Shown in pieces: positions 55,640 to 64,000 of a DNA stretch of 64,000 nt (positions are counted from its first letter, which is position 1; every line of letters starts with the position of its first letter). The stretch comes from the human T2T-CHM13v2.0 reference genome, Homo sapiens. Location: assembly GCF_009914755.1 (NCBI RefSeq), contig NC_060929.1. One strand, given 5' to 3'. The position numbers and the translations under genes were made by a program. The notes beneath the pieces were generated by a model. The model was not told the origin of the DNA, made no database searches, and saw only the letters and a program-made list of their open reading frames with translations.

Positions 55640-56890
55640 TCCAGTATGGAGAAGTAAGCTCTTGCACATGACTGAAAACCTAGAAAAAAAAAAACAAAAA
55701 AATCAATTACTTGTGGGGTCTGGAACAAAAAACAGATAGATTTTGGAGGGTATCAAACTTTGACAAAGCAACCCTTACAGAGTGAGATTCTCATTCTTTG
55801 CAGCTTTGCCTTGAGGGCAGGCACAGTAAGGCATAACTAATGTTCCAGTACAAAACCCCCCATTATTCTGTCCAAAAGAACCAGGGGAAGGGGGCCAGTG
55901 CTACCAAAGAGTAGGGAAGGCACCCAAGAAAAGAGAGAGCCAGATAATGGAAATTCTAAATGCTGTATAATAGCTTCACCTGACTCTCTGACTTGCATAG
56001 TCTACATGCATGCCCACGGCAAATTGAGAGCAATCTGAACTGAGATCTGAGTCTCTCTCCTTACCAGACATAGAGAGTTTTCAGTTAGAATTTATTTGCC
56101 TGCTAAAACAAAAATATTAACACTCTTCAGAAAGATAAAACAGAATCTAGAGTTCTTACAACATAGCATTTACAGTATCGAGGATATAATCTAAAATTAC
56201 TTGATATATGAGCCAGGGAAATGTGAACTATTTTCAAAGAAAAGACAAGTCAACAGATGGTAACCCCAAGATGATCCAGATGTTGAACTATCTGACAAAG
56301 ACTTTAACACAACTATTAAAACTGTGCTTAACGAAGTAAAGAAATATGTTTGTATCATTATAAAGAAAGGAAATCTCAGCAAAAAAGGAAAATATAAAAA
56401 ATCAAATGGAAACTGTAGAACTAAGAAATACAATATCTGAAATCAAAATGATGTTACTAGATGGACTTAATAGCAAAATGGAAATGACAGAGGAATTGGT
56501 CTGTCAGTTCGAAGATAGAGCAATACAAAATAACCAATATGAAGAAGAGTAAGGGAAAAAATTAAAAACAACAACAACAACAGAAAAGGAAAGTCAGGTA
56601 CCTGTGGAACAACAGCAAAGGAGTAATAACAGGAGTAACAGGTAATTGAACCTCCAAAGGGAGATGAGAGAGATTATAGGAAGAGGAAGAAACAATAGTA
56701 ATAGCCACAACTTTCTCAAAATAGGAAAACATACATAGAGGAACAACAATTTGAGTGATCATGGCCTTAGCAGAAATAATGGAGTCTAGAAAACAATGGA
56801 GCAACATCTTTAAAGTACTGAAAGAAAAAAGCTGTCAATTCAATTCTATATCTGATGAAGATATCTTTTGAGAATGAAGATAAAATAAAA
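55640..56890 (+). mobile_element. Ancient L1 5'/ORF1 fragment
   Basis: Degenerate ORF1-like A-rich sequence (AAATGGAAACTGTAGAACTAAGAAATACAATA; AACATCTTTAAAGTACTGAAAGAAAA). Confidence 0.6.
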
Positions 56891-57280
56891 CTGGCATCTT
56901 AGGTGTAGTTGTGTATTTGGCATACTGATTAAGAATGCGGGCTCCGGAGACAGAATCTAGATTTGAGTTTCAGCCTGAGTACCTCTTGTGATCATGGGTG
57001 AATTATATAAATTCTCTAACCTCAATTTCCTTATGTGTTAAAGACACTTAAATGAAATATCTAAACTAATGAGTAGCAATGAGAGGATGCTTCTTAAGCA
57101 CTTAGTATCTGCTTGGCATATGGTAAATTGTTGGAAAACATTAGTTACCATTTATATATGCATGTTTTTAGCTTTCATAGTAAATATAACCAACCTTTAT
57201 AGAATTTCGTATTTTATATTTTTATCTGTTTCATTTTTGTTCAACTGTAGAGAGGTTGGCTGTATCTTGAAAAGGGAAGA

Positions 57281-57312
57281 GTGAGACTCCGTCTCTTAAA
57301 AAAAAGAAAAAA
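57281..57312 (+). mobile_element. Minimal 5'-truncated Alu insertion
   Basis: GTGAGACTCCGTCTC plus A-tail between exact 12-bp repeats GAAAAGGGAAGA (57269-57280, 57313-57324). Confidence 0.8.
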
Positions 57313-57616
57313 GAAAAGGGAAGAAACCACTGACAGTATTGTAAAAGAGAAATCACTTTTACTACTGCTTTGACTTCAGCAAAAACAAGATTTAGGAAGC
57401 TCTTATTTTCAGAAAAGGAAATGAGAGGGGAAATTTTTCTCTCTTAGAAAATAAAAAACCTCAGCACCTAATTAATAAGATTTTTACTATGTAAATTAAA
57501 CTTTATCCAATCATTCTTTGTCCCATTTGGTACCCTTTTGTTTGTTTTGTTTGTCTCCTTATTTCTTTTTCAATATTTTTCATGGTATTTTAAGAGGATG
57601 ATTTAAACAGAGATAA

Positions 57617-57951
<335 letters not shown>

Positions 57952-58302
57952 AATGTGAATATTTTAAAACCTAAAACCATTTATTTTCTTTTGAAGTAAA
58001 AGGTAGAGGTATCTAAAGTAGATAAAGAGAGTCAGCTAGGTATGTGGAGTTTATCTCTCAGTCTGATTTGAGTTTTAATGTTCATAAGCATAAACCATAA
58101 GATACCCCTTTTGACTTTGTTTCTGCATTTGATATGAATGGTAGTGAAAGATATTGTGTATTAAATTTGGCTTTTTATATATAAGTCATTACATAAAAAA
58201 GTCTCCAAGGAGAATATGCTTTGTTCTATTCTCCTCTAAAAAGAATTATATAATCAAACTTTTTTTTTATTCTAGTTGTTGGAAATCTTAAGATGTAGTT
58301 TT

Positions 58303-58563
58303 GGCAAGGTGCAGTGGTTCACACCCCTAATCTCAGCACTGTGGGAGGCCAAGGCAGGAGGATTGCTTCAGCCCAGGAGTTCTAGAGCAGCCTGGGCAAC
58401 ATAGACCCTGTCTCTGCAAAAATAAATAAATAAAACAAAATTAGCTGGTTTTGGTGGTGCACGCCTGTGGTCCCAGCTACTTGAGAGGCTGCAGTGGAAG
58501 GATTGAATGACTGTACTCCAGCCTGGGTGACAGAGTGAGACCCTGTCTCAAAAAAAAAAAAAA
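58303..58563 (+). mobile_element. AluJ-like with internal deletion
   Basis: Alu dimer lacking part of the right arm. Confidence 0.88.
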
Positions 58564-58565
58564 TT

Positions 58566-58572
<7 letters not shown>

Positions 58573-58610
<38 letters not shown>

Positions 58611-58665
58611 GTACGTGTGTGTATATATGTATATATACATGTGTATGTGTGTGTGTATATATATA
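58573..58665. repeat. (AC)18 microsatellite plus mixed (TG)/(TA) tract
   Basis: Read directly; lies at the Alu tail. Confidence 0.95.
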
Positions 58666-59589
58666 GTTTTATTCTTAGATCAACTGTTTGGACTTTACTG
58701 TTGACATACCTGCTTTTCTTCTCCGAACCTGGTAGTTTTGCTTTCACTTAAATTTTTAATTCTTTTTATAAGGTATCTCAAAATCTTTTTGGAAAGAAAT
58801 AGATAACCAGGCAGGCTGATAGGTAAGAAGGTAAGAAGACCACTTGTTAAAGAATTCCATGTGTTGCTTTTAAAATGTCTGTCTTATTAAGACCAGTGCC
58901 TAAAAATTTATAGGCATAGATATTCATCACAGCATTTTTTATAATAGAGAAAATTTAGAAACAACCTAACTGCTGTCACTAGGGAGCTGTTATATGAAAT
59001 ATCGTTCAACCATACAGTGTAACACTGCACAGCCATTAAAAATGATATTAGAATATTGGTACTCTCAGACAAAGATTTTGAAGCAAGAAGTTAAAAGTTC
59101 AGCCATCCCCAAGTGGCCGAACTAAATTCAGATGCCCAGACACATCATGATGGCATGGAAAATTTCCCTTCATACAGTTTTAAATAAAGAAAACAGACTA
59201 GAAAACAATATGTAGGATGAAATCTACTATGTCTAAAATATATAGATGATACATTTATACTCCATGTAAGTAAAAAAATACGGAAGAAAAAATGATTATA
59301 TAGTTCCATAATTATTTAAATAAAAATAATTCCATGATTAAGAGGGGAAGAAAAGGTTACAAAGCAGTATGAATAGTGTGATGTCATTTTTGTATAAAAT
59401 ATATGAAGAAATAGACATAGAAGAAAGTAATGAAGTATCCCAAAATATTATATTAATGATCATTCTCTCTGGATTTGTTGCATGATATATTTATTATCTT
59501 TGTTTCCCTTTTATGCATTCTGATATAAAATTTTTTGTAGCAAGCATGAACTTTTATCATTGGAATAAACATTGATGCTATATTAAAAT

Positions 59590-59885
59590 TAGAGTGTGGT
59601 GGAGCATGGTGGCTCATGTCTATAATTCCAGCGCTTTGAAAGGCCTAGGCAGGAGGACCACATGAGGCCAGGAGTTTGAGACCAGTTTGGGCAACATAGC
59701 AAGAACTCCACTCTACCAAAAAAAAAAAAAAATTTGGGCAAGGTGGCACATACGTGTAGTCCTACCTGCTCTGGAGGCTGAGTCAGAAGGATCACTTAAG
59801 CCTAGAAGTTCGAGGTTACAGTGAGCTATGATTGTGCTGCCGCACTCCAACCTGGGTGACAAAGCAAGATCCTGTCTCTTAAACA
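59590..59885 (+). mobile_element. AluJ-like
   Basis: Diverged dimer. Confidence 0.88.
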
Positions 59886-59957
59886 AAAATAGAGAGAATT
59901 TAATGAAATAGATGTTATAAAATGTAAAGTTTTGTATTTTCATGACATTAAGTGAAT

Positions 59958-60780
59958 ACAATTATCCCTTGGTATCCATGGGGGATTGGCTCCCAGACCT
60001 CCCACAGACACCAAAATCCACGATTGCTCAAGTCCCTGATATAAAATGGCATAGCATTTACATATAACCTTTATATAGTATTCCATAGACTTTAAATCAT
60101 CTGTAGATTCCTTAGAATACCTAATTGTGTTAGTCCATTTGCATTGCTTTAAAGGAATATCTGAGACTGGGTAATTTATAAAGAAAAGAGATTTATTTTG
60201 ACTCATGGTTCTGCAGGCTATATAGGAAGCATGGTGCCAGCATCTGCTCCTGGTGAGGGCCTCAGGAAGCTTCCAATCATGGTAGAAGGCAAAGGGGAGG
60301 CAAGCACATTACATGGAGAGAGCAGGAGCAAAAGAGAGAGGGGGGAGGTGCCACACTCTTTTTAACAACCAGATCTCTTGTGAACTCAGAGCAAGAACTC
60401 ACATATTACCACAAGGAGGGCACTAAGCCATTCATGAGGGTCATAGGTCATGACCTACCCCCATGACCCAAACACCTCCCACTAGGCCCCACTCCAACAT
60501 TGGGGATCACATTTCAACATGAGATTTGGAGAGGAACACACACATAAAAACCATGGATGCATGGTTTGGATGCTGTATAAGTAATTGTTATACTGTTACA
60601 TAGTATATGCTATACAAATAGTTGTAAATGCTGTATAAATAGTTGTTATACTATTGTTTAGAGAATAATGAGAAGGAAAATTGTCTGTACATGTTCAGTA
60701 CAGATTTTTTAAAAAAATTTTTTATATAGAGTGTGTTGAATACACAGATGTGGAACCCATGGATATGAAAGGCCAAGTAC
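59958..60780. mobile_element. MER2-like (TcMar-Tigger) element split by an MST LTR
   Basis: CCCTTGGTATCCATGGGGGATTGG...CCAAAATCCAC at the left end; GATGTGGAACCCATGGATATG at the right end. Confidence 0.75.
60127..60556 (-). mobile_element. MSTB-like MaLR solo LTR
   Basis: TGTGTTAGTCCATTTGCATTGC...GAGACTGGGTAATTTATAAAGAAAAGAG...CACATTTCAACATGAGATTTGG. Confidence 0.85.
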
Positions 60781-61303
60781 ACAGATTATAATCTTGTAAT
60801 ATATATATAAACATATCAAAATGTATACTGGAGTATATAGAGATCTTTTAGATTGAAATAGTATAAAAAATACTTAATACATTTCACTTGTATAAGTACA
60901 TACATATAATTGAATATAAACATGTACATATAGATGAAATTGTACCCTTCATATCCAGTCTTACATTCCAGGAGATACAATAGAACTATCAGCACAAATT
61001 TTGCAGTAAATCTTAGTTGACTCAAATTCACATGAAATGGCTAACAACAACAAAAACTTTCCTTTTTTGAATAATGCTTTCCCTTTACTTTCCCTTTTCC
61101 TTTAAGTAGAAATATAGGGCCCTTTTTACTTGATAGTTGATTTTTCAGTTTTTAGGTTAGGTAATGTCTGGTGAAAAGCTGTTTTAGATGCTATGATTAT
61201 TGAAGGAATTACCCTTTGGATTACTGGGAAGATCTCCAGTTGATCCAAAATGTATTTTTCTTTATGTTTCTCACATTTCAGGGTATTCAAAAAGCTGAAT
61301 CTA

Positions 61304-61596
61304 TTTGTATTTCTTTTTTTTTTTTTTTTTTTTTTGAGATGGAATCTTGCTTTGTCACCCAGGCTGGAGTGCATTGGCACGATCTAGGCTCACTGCAACC
61401 TCCACCTCCCAGGTTCAAGCAATTCTCCTGCCTCAGCCTCTTTGTATTTTTTTTTCCCTTTTTCTTTTTTTTTTTTTTTTTTTTTTTTTTGAGTTGGAAT
61501 CTCACTTTGTCATCCAGGCTGGAGTGCATTGGCATGATCTAGGCTCACTGTAACCTCCACCTCCCAGGTTCAAGCGACTCTGTCAGCCTCAGCCTT
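61304..61596 (-). repeat. Tandem pair of Alu right-arm fragments
   Basis: Two units, each TTTGTATTT-polyT-Alu 3' arm, ending at the same Alu position. Confidence 0.85.
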
Positions 61597-61860
61597 GGAT
61601 AATTGTATTACCTTATCCAAGGTACCTACTAAATACATACCTCAGTTTCCTCATCTCTGATGAATATTATATCATGCATGTAAAATACTATAAGAGCCAA
61701 ATGTTAACTTTTACAATTATTGTGTTTGTAAAAACTTAACTGATATATTGTTATTAATTTTATTTTTATCTGTATATTAGTCTGTTCATTCATTAAACAC
61801 ACATTTAATAATTAACAGGTCTAATGGCCTAGCACTGTAGCAGTTTTTGCCCTCTTGAAA

Positions 61861-62175
61861 TTTTTTTCTTTTCTTTTCTTTTTTTTTTTTTTTGAGTTGG
61901 AGTCTCGCTCTGTTGCCCATGCTGGAGTGCCGTGGCGCGATGTCCGCTTGCTGCAAGCTGCCTCCCAGGTTCATGCCGTTCTCCTGCCTTAGCCTTGCGA
62001 GTAGCTGGGACTACAGGTGCCTGCCACCATGCCCGGCTAATTTTTTGTATTTTTTTAGTAGAGACGGAGTTTCACCGTGTTAGCCAGGATGGTCTCGATC
62101 TCCTGACCTCGTGATCCTCCTGCCTCGGCCTCCCAAAGTGCTGGGATTACAGGCGTGAGCCACTGCACCCAAACC
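61861..62175 (-). mobile_element. AluY-like
   Basis: CGTGTTAGCCAGGATGGTCTCGATCTCCTGACCTCGTGATCC; CCCTCTTGAAATTT on both flanks. Confidence 0.9.
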
Positions 62176-62326
62176 CCTCTTGAAATTTATATTTTAGTTG
62201 AAATATAACTAAAATGAAAATGTTTTTTTTCCTCGAACAGGTTCTACGGGAAAAAGTTTTTTGGCATCAATTATTCTGTTGATCAGTTCATTACTGTGCT
62301 TTAAATTCTTACCATCATTCAAATGA

Positions 62327-62519
62327 AAACAATATATATAGTATATTGTTTATATACTATGTATAAACAATATACTATATATATTTAGTATATAGTATAT
62401 AGCTATTTACACCAGTATATAGTATATAGCTATATAGTATATAGCTACCAGTATATAGCTATTTACACCAGTATATAATATATAGCTATTTACACCAGTA
62501 TATAGCTATTTACACCAGT
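62327..62519. repeat. TA-rich palindrome followed by an imperfect 20-bp tandem
   Basis: 24-bp perfect arms at 62331-62354 and 62362-62385; TATATAGCTATTTACACCAG x4. Confidence 0.9.
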
Positions 62520-62580
62520 GCTACCCAAAATGTGGGCTGTGGACCAGTGCTTATCCATATGAGATAATTATAAAACTTGA

Positions 62581-62870
62581 GGCTGGGTGTGGTGGCTCAC
62601 GCCTGTAATCCCAGAAGTTTGGGAGTCCAAGGCAGGTGGATCACGAGGTCAGGAGTTCAAGACCAGCCTGGCCAAGATGGTGAAACCCCGTCTCTACTAA
62701 AAATACAAAAATTAGCCAGGCGTGGTGGTGGGCACCTGTAATCCCAGCTACTTGGGAGGCCGAGGCAAAGAATAGCTTGAACCTGGGAGGTGGAGGTTGT
62801 AGTGAGCTGAGACTGTGTCACTACACTCCAGCCTGGGTGACAGAGCAAGACTCTGTCTCAAAAAAAAAAA
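62581..62870 (+). mobile_element. AluS (Sg/Sx3-like)
   Basis: GGATCACGAGGTCAGGAGTTC; full dimer. Confidence 0.93.
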
Positions 62871-63149
62871 TAAGAAAGTAAGCTGTAAACTTATCTCATA
62901 CTTTCTGAGGGTCAAGGATATGAGCACAGCGTAGTTAAATGTCTCTGGCTCATGAAGGTCCAGTCAAGTTATTATCTAGGGCAGTATTCTTATTTGAAGA
63001 TTTGACTAGAGGAGGATCCACTTCTATGGTCACTCACATGACCTCCTCACAGGGCTGTCTCACATGGCACCTGGCTTCCCCAGAGTTAGTAATCCAAGAG
63101 AGAATAAGAACATCTAAGATGGAAGTCCCATTCCATTATAAACCATTTT

Positions 63150-64000
63150 TGATTTTTTGTTTTTTAACTTTTATTTTAGGTTCAGGGGTACATGTACACA
63201 TTTATTATATAGGTAAATTGCATGCCATGGGGTATGGTGTACAGATTGTCACCCAGGTAATAAGCATAGTACCTGATATGTAGTTTTTCAATCCTCTCCC
63301 TCCTCCCACCCTCCACCCTCAAGTAGGCTCCAGTGTCTGTTGTTCCCTTCTTTGTGTACTCAAAGTTTAACTGCCACTTATAAATGAGAACATGCAGTGT
63401 TTGGTTTTCTGTTTCTATGTTAGTTTGCTTAGTATGATGACCTCCAGCTCCATCCATTTTGCCTCAAAGGAGATGATCTCATCCTTTATTATGGCTATAT
63501 AGTATTCCTTTGTGTATATGTACCACTTTTTTTTTTTTAAATCCAGTCTACCATTAATGGACATTTAGGTTGATTCCATGCCTTTGCTATTGTGAATAGC
63601 GCTGCAATGAACAAGCACATGCATGTGTCTTTTATGGTAGAACGATGTATATTCCTTTGGATATATACCTAGTAATGGCATTGCCAGGTTGAATGGTAAT
63701 TCTGTTTTAAGTTCTTTGAGAAATTGCCAAACTGCTTTCCACAATGCCTGAACTAATTTACATTCCCACCAGTAGTGTATGAGTGTTTCCTTTTCACTAC
63801 AACTTTGCCAGCATCTGTTATTTTTTGATTTTTTAAAAATCACAATTCTGACTGGTGGGAGGTGATATCATTGTGATTTTGATTTGCAGTTCTCTAATGA
63901 TAAGTAATGTTGAGCATTTTTTCATATGTTTGTTAGCCACGTGTATGTCTTCTTTTGAAAAGTATTTGTTCATGTTTTTGCCCACTTTATAATGGGGTTA
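63150..64000 (-). mobile_element. L1PA15/16-like 3' end, running off the window
   Basis: ORF2 C-terminus (KKSKNNRCWQ...) and 3' UTR on the minus strand. Confidence 0.88.

Overview
Human/primate genomic DNA, recognisable as the CERT1 (COL4A3BP/GPBP)-POLK head-to-head locus (5q13.3, from recall). A CpG island at about 41.75-43.3 kb is the shared promoter. CERT1 runs on the minus strand: an upstream coding exon of the long isoform (42828-42913), the exon carrying the canonical ATG at 42276, and the PH-domain exon (37051-37185). Everything left of 37051 is CERT1 intron. POLK runs on the plus strand: only its non-coding first exon (donor after 42983) and part of intron 1 are in the window. Most of the rest is interspersed repeat (L1, Alu, a solo LTR2, a two-LTR THE1, MLT1, MST, Tigger3, MER2, MER5A, L2), and nearly all ORFs in the supplied track are repeat-derived noise. 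I see no new multi-gene system. The best leads are: (1) an 82-nt candidate intron in the CERT1 leader whose removal would turn a strong-Kozak uORF into an in-frame 106-aa N-terminal extension; (2) a complex templated-insertion/fold-back scar at 5.43-5.85 kb copied from 2.46 kb upstream; (3) a palindromic AT-rich 31-bp minisatellite; (4) a perfect plus-strand splice donor inside CERT1 intron 1. Repeat subfamily names are by-eye calls and need RepeatMasker confirmation.
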